From: a virus
DNA: 49,227 bases
Direction: 5' to 3' (one strand)
IMG/VR virus record: IMGVR_UViG_3300045988_084225
Coordinates: 1-49,227 of that record
How positions within the stretch are numbered: the first letter of the stretch is position 1; every line of letters begins with the position of its first letter. Positions 24,566 through 33,400 of this stretch are shown in pieces. Under the pieces are notes generated by a model, which ran no database searches, was not told where the DNA came from, and saw only the letters and a list, made by a program, of their open reading frames with translations. A program made the position numbers and the translations under genes.

Positions 24566-24678
24566 TAACAAAATTATATTCCAACAAAACAAAAATATAA
24601 GAAAATTATAAGTTTAATATATTTTTATTTCTCATATTTGACGAAATATTTCTATATTCGCGTAAAACTCAATGAGTT

Positions 24679-25029
24679 ATGCGAGACTACAGAAATGAAC
24701 TCCTAAGCAAGTCCACATCAGCCGAGAAAGCAATGTGCAAAACATTGAATGCGATGAATATAAAATTCATTCGCCAATACCAAGTGAAGACCCCACGCAA
24801 GATGTTCTATCTAGACATATATATACCATCTCTAAGGCTTGCAATTGAAGTTGATGGTAAATACCATTACACAGATACACAAAAACGCTTAGACGCGAAC
24901 AGAAGCGCATGTATAAGAAGAATGGGAATACACGTTTTTAGGATAGATAATCCAATGGCACACAAGCCTTCAGCGGTAAAAAAACTGCTTGAAAGGTATT
25001 TAAAGCGAAAAAAAATAGCGACAACATGA
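24679..25029 (+). CDS. DUF559 / Vsr-like PD-(D/E)XK endonuclease-domain protein
   Basis: FYLDIY...LAIEVDGKYH...DANRSACIRRMGIHVFRI. Confidence 0.7.
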   Translation: MRDYRNELLSKSTSAEKAMCKTLNAMNIKFIRQYQVKTPRKMFYLDIYIPSLRLAIEVDGKYHYTDTQKRLDANRSACIRRMGIHVFRIDNPMAHKPSAVKKLLERYLKRKKIATT

Positions 25030-25100
25030 CTATTCTCGCCATTCTTATTGTACAAGTCAGATGAATGATATTAACTTTGATAACGAATTAAAACTATTAT

Positions 25101-25757
25101 ATGAAGAAGAAAGTTATTAACGCATTGAGAACCTCATACGCAGACAAGGGTCTCAATCAAGCCGAATTGGAGGAGTTGGCTGATGTTGTCAGCCAGAATC
25201 TTAACGAAAATGCAAGCGAGGACGAAATAAACAACGCGGTAAGCGGTGTATCGGGCTACGTGAACATCATGCAGAAATTCGGTAATCGTTGCGCTTCTGC
25301 AGTCGAGAACAAGTACAAGGGTTATGTGAAGCCAGATGAGAACAGTCAACAGCAACATAACAACAATAATCAAAATCAAGAACAGAAGAATCAAGATGTG
25401 CTTACTAAGGATGTTGTTGCCGAGATGCTGAAAAACGGAATTGCTGAAGCATTGAAACCTTATCAAGAGAAGGAACGTGCTGAGCAGTTAAAGAACGTTC
25501 TCATGGCACAGAGCAAACTAAAAGGTATTCCACAGAGCTTTATTAACCATTACAAGTTGGATGACGAAAAGAACGCAGAAACTCTCGCTTCACAGATAGA
25601 GCAGGAGTATGCAACGCAGCGTAAGGAAATTCTTGCATCGATGGGGTTCGCTGACGTTCCGCCTATCGGCAATGGTTCAGATGATTCAGAAGAAGACTTC
25701 GCCAAACGTATGCAGGACGCTCAAAAAGCTCTTGCTCCTACTGATTCAAACAAATAA
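25101..25757 (+). CDS. Scaffolding protein (putative)
   Basis: 218 aa. Acidic, helical and Q/N/E-rich. It lies upstream of the capsid gene. Confidence 0.55.
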   Translation: MKKKVINALRTSYADKGLNQAELEELADVVSQNLNENASEDEINNAVSGVSGYVNIMQKFGNRCASAVENKYKGYVKPDENSQQQHNNNNQNQEQKNQDVLTKDVVAEMLKNGIAEALKPYQEKERAEQLKNVLMAQSKLKGIPQSFINHYKLDDEKNAETLASQIEQEYATQRKEILASMGFADVPPIGNGSDDSEEDFAKRMQDAQKALAPTDSNK

Positions 25758-25771
25758 TAAACGAAAAAACT

Positions 25772-26314
25772 ATGTTTTACAAAGAAAAATTTCCCGAAAA
25801 CATTCAAGAAGGTGTGTGGGATGAGAAGTCTTGCGTGCGCAGACAATGCGGTTACGTTATTGACGAGACTGGCCTACCTTCGGAGAAGAAATGGCTTGAA
25901 AAGGGCGCGCCACTCGCTATAAAGGAAGATGGTAAAGTTAAGGTGTGCAAGACGGCAAAAGCCTATGAAGCCGCTGTAAAGTCTGCCACAGAACTTAAAG
26001 TCTACAAAGGACATCTGTTTTCTGTCAACGACAAGGTTGCAGGTTCAACGATTAGTGCAATTGATACCAGCAATAACGATTACGACAAGTTGACTATTTC
26101 AGCACTCGCAGAGAAAGCAGACAAGGACGCAGTACTTGACGATGGAGATGCAGCAAAGGTAATCGGTCTTAACTATGCGACCGTATATCTTGACGGAATG
26201 CAGAGTTGCACCCCCACTTTGCAAGCATACGAGATTGAAGAAGAAACTCTCCCTTATCCTCTTAGTGATGCCGTTAAGGTCGCACTTACCTCGCGTCACG
26301 CATTCAAGATTTAG
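25772..26314 (+). CDS. Head-associated protein (decoration or accessory), function uncertain
   Basis: 180-aa ORF between the scaffold and capsid genes. Confidence 0.4.
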   Translation: MFYKEKFPENIQEGVWDEKSCVRRQCGYVIDETGLPSEKKWLEKGAPLAIKEDGKVKVCKTAKAYEAAVKSATELKVYKGHLFSVNDKVAGSTISAIDTSNNDYDKLTISALAEKADKDAVLDDGDAAKVIGLNYATVYLDGMQSCTPTLQAYEIEEETLPYPLSDAVKVALTSRHAFKI

Positions 26315-26345
26315 TTAGTATAATACACACAGAATAATATAGGAC

Positions 26346-27440
26346 ATGGATTCACTTATTAAGAGCCTCGAAAAACCGAAAAACTTTGACTGCTTCATCA
26401 ATGAGCAGATGAAGAACTCAACCTATGTTGCCGAGTGGAAGAGCGAAATGCCTTCACCCGAATATTGCGCATCTAAGGTCTATGATGCTTATGTTGCAGA
26501 ATATGCCGCAGCAATGGTTGGTTCAGTGATTGATAAGAATGGCGAGAAGCCGACACACCAGATGCCGACAGCAAAGCAATTGATGGGTTCATTGAGCCGT
26601 ATTGCTGATGAATGGCAAATGGATAACGATAGACTTGACCAATACTATTTCCTCGAAAAACGATACCGAGATAAGCAGTCTTCGTTCTCGCAGGAGCAGC
26701 GTAATGTTGAGTACGCTAAGTTGGTCAAGTTCCTCTTTGACCCGTTCGAGAAGGCCGTAATTGCCCCTCATAAGCGTATTGATTTACTCTATTTCGAGGG
26801 ATTGTTCAATGGCACACAGACCGTAAACAGCGGAAACAATAAGAAGTCTGGTGTAGCTTATACCTACGACCTTGGTATCAAGAAGTTCAAAGCAAAAGTC
26901 GCTGCATGGGGTTCGGAGACTTCTGTTCCTCTTGATGATATTCAAGAGATAGTAGACTACCTCGGCTCAATCGGTAAGACTGTCTTGAAAATGCGTATGA
27001 GTGTGCGAACATTCCGCAAGATGTGCAAGTCAAAGCAGTTGCGTGATGTATTCAAGCTAAAACTTGGTAAAGTAGACGTATCAGCTGCACGAGTATCTTA
27101 TAACGAAGTAAATCAGTATCTCGAATCGATTCTGTTGCCGACTATCACAATCGAGAAGGAACGTTATTGCCTCCTTGCTGATGGCACATCAACGAATATG
27201 ACGAAGGATGACCGCGTTGTGTTCCAGTGCGCTGATACAGTTGCGGTTCTGAAAGTTGCTGACACCGTTGAATCGGTTGACCCGTTGCCCAATAAGACTT
27301 ATTCTACATACGACAACAACCAAGTTGGTATGTGGCGCAATGAGAAGGGACGTTTTATCGATTACGAGATGTGGGCGCACCCCGTGTTTACAGGCAAGAA
27401 TAACTACTACATTCTTGAGACAGACCAAACGCAGGGTTAA
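26346..27440 (+). CDS. Major capsid protein
   Basis: 364 aa. The call rests on its position after the scaffold gene and its size. Confidence 0.7.
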   Translation: MDSLIKSLEKPKNFDCFINEQMKNSTYVAEWKSEMPSPEYCASKVYDAYVAEYAAAMVGSVIDKNGEKPTHQMPTAKQLMGSLSRIADEWQMDNDRLDQYYFLEKRYRDKQSSFSQEQRNVEYAKLVKFLFDPFEKAVIAPHKRIDLLYFEGLFNGTQTVNSGNNKKSGVAYTYDLGIKKFKAKVAAWGSETSVPLDDIQEIVDYLGSIGKTVLKMRMSVRTFRKMCKSKQLRDVFKLKLGKVDVSAARVSYNEVNQYLESILLPTITIEKERYCLLADGTSTNMTKDDRVVFQCADTVAVLKVADTVESVDPLPNKTYSTYDNNQVGMWRNEKGRFIDYEMWAHPVFTGKNNYYILETDQTQG

Positions 27441-27483
27441 TTAACTATATTGTTTTCATTGAGTTTAGTTGTTTTTTTCTTCC

Positions 27484-27822
27484 ATGACTAACAGAGAAGC
27501 AGTAGCAGCAGCTATCGAACCTTACAGCGTATCGGATGATAGCTTAGATAAAGCATTGATTGATGCAAGTGAACGCTTTGGGGAATATTCTCCAGAAGAC
27601 ACTTATTCGTTGCAAGGAAAGAAGTGTGTTGCTCTTGCTTCGATGTTATGTCTTTCAAGATTGCGTGTATTGACATCAGAGAATATTGGCGGTATATCAC
27701 AAACTTTTGCAATTGCGAAAATAGAAAAAGCTATCAGAGCAATTGCGAATGATGCAGGAATATCCGCTGACCTTGTTCTTGCTGATGAGGGTGATAACAT
27801 TGTAACTTGTGTGAGTATATGA
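27484..27822 (+). CDS. Head-tail connector/adaptor (putative)
   Basis: ATG at 27484. Call is by position. Confidence 0.5.
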   Translation: MTNREAVAAAIEPYSVSDDSLDKALIDASERFGEYSPEDTYSLQGKKCVALASMLCLSRLRVLTSENIGGISQTFAIAKIEKAIRAIANDAGISADLVLADEGDNIVTCVSI

Positions 27823-28139
27823 GACTTGATGACAGAATACAATTGCAGAAGATTGTTGTAAGTAAGGACGATGCACAAAACTTAGTAGAAACTAAAGTAT
27901 TTGGATTGATAACCAAGTGCAAAATCTTTCCTAATACAAAAGCATCTACAATTAAGTGTAATGACGGACAGGACAGAGTATATTCTTACGAAGTTGTAAT
28001 GCGTAAGCCAAAATCCAAGGACGATTTACCGCAAGAAAATGACATTGCGCACGTAGCAAAAAGTGACGGAACGATAAACACGGAAAAAGTGGTTCTTGGT
28101 TTCGTTACTCTACGCAATTGGGTAAAGGTATGGCTGTAG
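27819..28139 (+). CDS. Head-closure / head-tail joining protein (putative)
   Basis: ATGA overlap at 27819. Call is by position. Confidence 0.5.
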   Translation: MRLDDRIQLQKIVVSKDDAQNLVETKVFGLITKCKIFPNTKASTIKCNDGQDRVYSYEVVMRKPKSKDDLPQENDIAHVAKSDGTINTEKVVLGFVTLRNWVKVWL

Positions 28140-28618
28140 AATCTTTCGGCTTTGACGAAGTCCTAAGAAAACTTGGTTCAAGTAAAAGCCAAGAGCCAAA
28201 ACTTGACACAAGGGTACTTCGAGAGTTGCAGATGATTGGTGAAGAAGCTTGCAACAAGGCACGCGACACCTATATTGGTGGTAATACCCAAATGGGTACA
28301 AGCCATCAAGACGGAGGATATGACGACCATACGCGCAATTTGCGTGGTAGTATGGGCTTTAAGATATACTTTAACGGAAAAGAAGTTACTAGTGGTGGCT
28401 TTGATGGACGAGGAAGCCCAAGTGGAGAACAATACGCAAAGGCAGCACTAGAAAAGGTAACTGCAAGCGGATCATTGTGGGAGATTGTAGTCCTCGCAGG
28501 TATGGAATACGCTCGTTACGTTGAAGCTAAAGGCTATCCAGTGATAACTTTCGTGCAAGCATTTCTTGACGAGGAAATAAAAAAACTAACTCAAAAAATT
28601 AGAGATGGGAAGATATGA
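28130..28618 (+). CDS. Neck / tail-completion protein (putative)
   Basis: ATG at 28130. Call is by position. Confidence 0.5.
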   Translation: MAVESFGFDEVLRKLGSSKSQEPKLDTRVLRELQMIGEEACNKARDTYIGGNTQMGTSHQDGGYDDHTRNLRGSMGFKIYFNGKEVTSGGFDGRGSPSGEQYAKAALEKVTASGSLWEIVVLAGMEYARYVEAKGYPVITFVQAFLDEEIKKLTQKIRDGKI

Positions 28619-29025
28619 TGAATGGGATGCAAGCAGTAACGGAACTCGCTATATATCTTAGCAAGAATATAAGCGACATAGAAATATTCAAATTCAAGAA
28701 ACCAACGAACTATGCGCTTCCGTATATCTGTTTGAATTATCTACCAATCAATTACGGACAATGGGTTAACTCAACTGGGGTTGTGAACGTGAATATTCAT
28801 GTTCCCGACCTCGAAAGTGAGTTGCCAGACACGAAAAAGTTGCAAGAGATTGCGGAACGTGTTATGGAACTTATTCCGAAGCGCAATTCGACTACTGAGG
28901 ATGATGAAGCAGAACTTATAATCAATCATCATTGGTATTACCTTGAAGCCGATAGTAATTGCATTGGAGATAATGATAAAACGCACTTTATCAATCTTCG
29001 CATACAAGTAACATTCACAGACTAA
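28615..29025 (+). CDS. Tail terminator / tail-completion protein (putative)
   Basis: ATGA overlap with the upstream gene. Call is by position. Confidence 0.5.
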   Translation: MMNGMQAVTELAIYLSKNISDIEIFKFKKPTNYALPYICLNYLPINYGQWVNSTGVVNVNIHVPDLESELPDTKKLQEIAERVMELIPKRNSTTEDDEAELIINHHWYYLEADSNCIGDNDKTHFINLRIQVTFTD

Positions 29026-29039
29026 ATACAAATAAAATC

Positions 29040-29690
29040 ATGGCAAATAAAACTGGCGCATGGGGTATTGAGAGCATTAAGTTTGCACCCCTCGTTGATA
29101 AACCAAATGCAGCAGGCGGTACTTATAATTCAGAAACTTTGACCGCTAAGTCTGCTTTTCCTAAGGTATGGGAAAAGTTTAAACTGAAAGCAATCGTAAA
29201 GGACTCGCTTAGTTTCAACGACCAAGCCCCATCTACAAACAACATCGAAGTCGAAGATAGTGATAATTACTATGCCGTACTTCAGAGCGATGCAGGTTCT
29301 GAGGGCTTCACGGTACAGGTGTACGACATGAGCAAGGAAGCATATATGTTCTTCTTTGGCTTCAAGGAGGGCAAGGGAGATGACGAAGGCTATCTTGTCG
29401 AAGACCCGAATTTTAAGCTGCAAAATCATGCGGTTCAGATTCAAACCAAGGGTACTGACGAGTTTCCATCCCATATCTTTGAATGGGCAAATATGAAACT
29501 CGTTGTTACTAAGAGTGGTTCAATTGGCAAGAGTGGTTTCCCTAATATCAACATTGAATGCACAAAGCAAGCAGTCTTTGACGTGATAACGGGTGACGAA
29601 ATGCCTTCAGCACGCCACAAACCCAACGCAGGAACAACGGATAGCAATTCGGGACACGACCATGCGGCCACCGAAAGTAAGAAGGGCTAA
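29040..29690 (+). CDS. Major tail (tube) protein
   Basis: 216 aa. It lies immediately before the chaperone pair and tape measure, and a strong hairpin follows it. Confidence 0.65.
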   Translation: MANKTGAWGIESIKFAPLVDKPNAAGGTYNSETLTAKSAFPKVWEKFKLKAIVKDSLSFNDQAPSTNNIEVEDSDNYYAVLQSDAGSEGFTVQVYDMSKEAYMFFFGFKEGKGDDEGYLVEDPNFKLQNHAVQIQTKGTDEFPSHIFEWANMKLVVTKSGSIGKSGFPNINIECTKQAVFDVITGDEMPSARHKPNAGTTDSNSGHDHAATESKKG

Positions 29691-29711
29691 ATTCAAACCA
29701 TCATATTTTTA

Positions 29712-29750
29712 GCGGTAGCGACATTAGGCCGCTACCGCATTTATTTTTAT
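29712..29750 (+). terminator. Hairpin plus T-rich tract after the major tail gene
   Basis: GCGGTAGC (29712..29719) pairs with GCTACCGC (29731..29738), followed by ATTTATTTTTATTTT. Confidence 0.6.
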
Positions 29751-29756
29751 TTTATC

Positions 29757-30197
29757 ATGAAAGAAGAAAAGAAAACATCATCAGTAATGACCGAAAAAGG
29801 AACTTGGGTTCGTTTCGGCCTTATTCCTTTTTATATTCGTCCTTTAACTTTGGCTCAGATATGGGAGATAGGCGAACTAATTCAGAAATGTAAAGCAGTA
29901 GAGTTGCAAGGTAGTTTTAATCCGATTGAGAAAATGCTTGAATCGCACAAGGACTTGCACTTTTTACAAAAGGTGGTAGAAAAGGCAATTTTCCGCGGTT
30001 CTGTGGCGAGATTTCTACTCGGGTGGTATATTCGTAAGCGCACAACAATGAAACGCTATAAACAAGTAATTACGTTTTGCGCACAAAGTTTTGATGCTCC
30101 CTTTTTTTTTCAATCTATGACTTTCCTAAGAGGCGCAAAGAGAGTGACGATGAATACTCGCGAAGCACAAGCCCATGGGGATTCATCGGAGGAGTGA
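29757..30197 (+). CDS. Tail assembly chaperone (gpG-like)
   Basis: 146 aa, upstream of the tape measure. It contains the T9 slippery run. Confidence 0.7.
   Translation: MKEEKKTSSVMTEKGTWVRFGLIPFYIRPLTLAQIWEIGELIQKCKAVELQGSFNPIEKMLESHKDLHFLQKVVEKAIFRGSVARFLLGWYIRKRTTMKRYKQVITFCAQSFDAPFFFQSMTFLRGAKRVTMNTREAQAHGDSSEE
30102..30110 (+). other. T9 slippery run (TTT TTT TTT in frame): candidate -1 programmed frameshift site
   Basis: The -1 frame opens at 30095, just before the run, and stays open into the 30197..30400 ORF. Confidence 0.65.
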
Positions 30198-30400
30198 TGA
30201 AGTACTTTCGCATGAGCTACGATGAAGTAGTATTCAAGCGAAGCTACGTTAATTTACTCCTACTAAACGCAGCAATTCCAAGCGTGAAACCTCTTGACGA
30301 AGAGGAAGAAAAAAACACAGAATCAAACAATAATAATCAAAGAAAGAAGAACTATTCGCTTAACGACAACGGCAATAGCTTCTTTGCTTCACTAATGTAA
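30197..30400 (+). CDS. C-terminal part of the gpGT-like frameshift product (or a separate small ORF)
   Basis: It is in the -1 frame relative to 29757..30197 and continuous with the frame entered at the T9 run. Confidence 0.6.
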   Translation: MKYFRMSYDEVVFKRSYVNLLLLNAAIPSVKPLDEEEEKNTESNNNNQRKKNYSLNDNGNSFFASLM

Positions 30401-30407
30401 TAGAGAT

Positions 30408-33400
30408 ATGGCAGAAGATATAGATGGCGCATTGGGTATACGTGCAACGATTGATGCAAGTGATGTACAGAAGGGCGCGAATGAATTTATACGAGCTATT
30501 CAAAACATGGCTAATGAATCAGACAAAGCCGTTAATACAATGGCTGACGGATATGGTTTCCTTATGGAACAAATATCAAAATTGTCTGACGCAATAGATG
30601 CAGCTAAAAGCAAGCTAACATCTATATCTGGAGCGATGTCTAATATAGCACCTGCCGATGGTGTTTCTTCGCAAGCCTACGATGACCTTAAATCACAAGT
30701 ATCCGCATTAGTTTCAGAAAATGACAATCTGAAAACAAAACTCGAGGAAACAACTGCAAGAATCTCTGAGCAAGCGAAAGCGACAACATCGGCATCAACT
30801 GCTATTGGTGAATATCAGTCAGCCGCACAATCGGCAGGAAATAGCGGTGGAATAGCATCAGTTGGAAGCAAGGCGAAGTCCGAAATGAAAGAACTTGCAG
30901 AAACGATTAAGTTCGACACAGAGCAGATTTCACTAATGGAACAGGAATATGCTAAGTTGGAGCAAACACTTAGTAGACTGCAGTCTAAGAAGTCGACAAT
31001 CGAAGCAACACCTACAAGTTCAGACCCTTTATCGCAAGAAGTTAAGCAATCGAAGCTCAGCAACGTTAATGGAGATATTTCTCAGACACAAGAACAGATG
31101 AGTAAACTTAAAGCTTTAACATCTGAATACAAGGGGGAAATATCACAATGTTCACAGCGAATGTCTGAATTAAGCAATCAGACCGCTCAAACAGCAGGTC
31201 GCACGCAAGCATTACGCACTCAGTTGCGTAATGCGAGACAGCACGTTGCAGAACTTATTCTCTCGGGAAAGCAAGGGACGGTAGAATTTGGAAAAGCTGT
31301 AAATGAAGCAAATAAGTTGCAAGCAGCCTTCAATAAGGCTAGTATGGCTATTTCAGGTAAAAGTCTTGCTTTCAACTCTTTTAATATGCTATCAACGGCT
31401 GTAAATGGTGTGACTGGCGCACTTACAACATATATGGGTGTTGCTGGATTATTTACCGACAATCAAGAAGAGCTAACTAGAATCCAAAAGAACTTGCAAG
31501 CAGTAATGTCTGTTTCGATGGGTGTTCAACAACTTATGAATGCCGCAACTCAGATTTCCGTGAAATGGGAAACACTGAAGGCAAGTGCAATGGCGGCCGT
31601 TGCTGCATCAACGGAGACTGCAACCATTGCAGAAGGAGGTAAGGCTGCAGCAGATGTCGCGAATACTGGAACTGCGGCCGCTGCGACTGCCGCAAATTGG
31701 ACATTAGCCGCTGCATTCAAGGCAGTCGGCTTAGCAATTAAATCTATTCCTGTAATCGGGTGGATTATAGCTGGCGTAACAGCACTTGTAGCAGGTGCTG
31801 TCGCACTATACAAATGGGCTACCAAATTAACACCAGCAGAAAAGGCAAATCAAGAAGCAGCAAAAGCATACGGAGAGCAGATTAAGAAAAACAGAGAAAC
31901 AATGCTTGACCAATCAAAAACGATTGGCGAAAATGTAGGGAAATTCAAACAACTGCAACAAAAATACAACGAAGTAAAGGGAGATTCAAGTAAACTTAAC
32001 GCTTTTTTAAAAGAAAATAAAGATAACTTTGAAGAACTCGGTTTCTCTGTTAATGATGCTACGGACGCTGAGAACATATTCCACAAAAATTCTAATGCCG
32101 TAATTGAAGGATTTAGGCTTAGAGCCAAAGCAGCCGCACAAGCAAAAGTTGCGATGGATAGCTATGCGGAAGCGTATCGTCTACAACTCGAAGCTGAGGG
32201 ATGGGAGCGTTCCGCGAAGTATGGAAGTTCTAGGCACAACAAAGATGACCAAGAAGAAGCATTGGCGAAAGCCAAAGCGATGAGAGCGCAAGCTGGTAAA
32301 TTATATAATGCAGGAGATAGAGCAACGAGTGATAGCAATAAAACTAGCCGAGCATTGGATGCGCACAACAGAAAATATAACATAAAAAGTCCTAGTCAAG
32401 AAAAAAATAATAGAGGAAGAAAGTCTGGAGGTGGCGGCAAATCTTCTGGAGGTGGTAAATCACTTGAAGAAACAGCTTATGAGAATGCACAGAAGTGGCA
32501 CGAATTGCAATTAGATGAAGAGAAAGCGTTCAATGATAAGATGAAAGAGTACTCAGACATGGTACTCGAAACGAAAGAAGATGGGGCAGAAAAAGAACTG
32601 CAACAAATTCAGCGTACAAGAGATGAGCAATTAAAGGCTCTTGACGAATGGCTTGATGAGTTGGCAAATAAACGCAAACAGGTCGCTATGGAGACTTGGG
32701 TAAATAAAAAAGAAGGCCGCACAGAACAGCAATGGTCTAAAACAAATGAAGGTAAGCAGGATGAGAGTTATTGGCGCAATCAAGTGCTTACGAAGAATCC
32801 AAGAATTAACGAAGTCTATGAGTTGAACGCGAATGCTATTCAAGATAAATCTGTTCACGATTCAGATAAGGTCGTAAGCGATATTCTTGCAAAGTATGAA
32901 GATAAGAGTAAGAGAGAAAAAACTGAACGATTGAAAACTCTGACCTCTGAAATAAAAATTCTAGAAGATAAACTAACTGCAATTGAAAATGAAGCAGAAA
33001 AAGAGCGTATATCTAATCTTTTAGAGAATGTAAAGAGCGAAAAAGATTGGGTCGCCCAATCCAAAGACGCATGGAACGAGTACTATCAAAAGTACGGAAC
33101 ATTTCTTGAAAAGCGTGCTGCGCTGGAAGAAAAGTTTCTACATGATACGCAGGGGATGGATGAGAACACCCCCGAATATCTTATGCTCAAAAAAGGCTTT
33201 GAAGATAGTTTGAAGTCGCTCAATTTTGAAAATATCAAGAAGCAGCTAAATTGGGAGGATATTTTTGGCGACCTTGAAAGAATTGGCAGTAAGACGCTAG
33301 AGGTTTTACAATCGCAGCTTGAAGCTATGCTTAAGAATGACAAGAATCTTTCGGTTGAGAGCATTAAGACTATTAGTGAGGCATTAAATAAGATTCGTTC

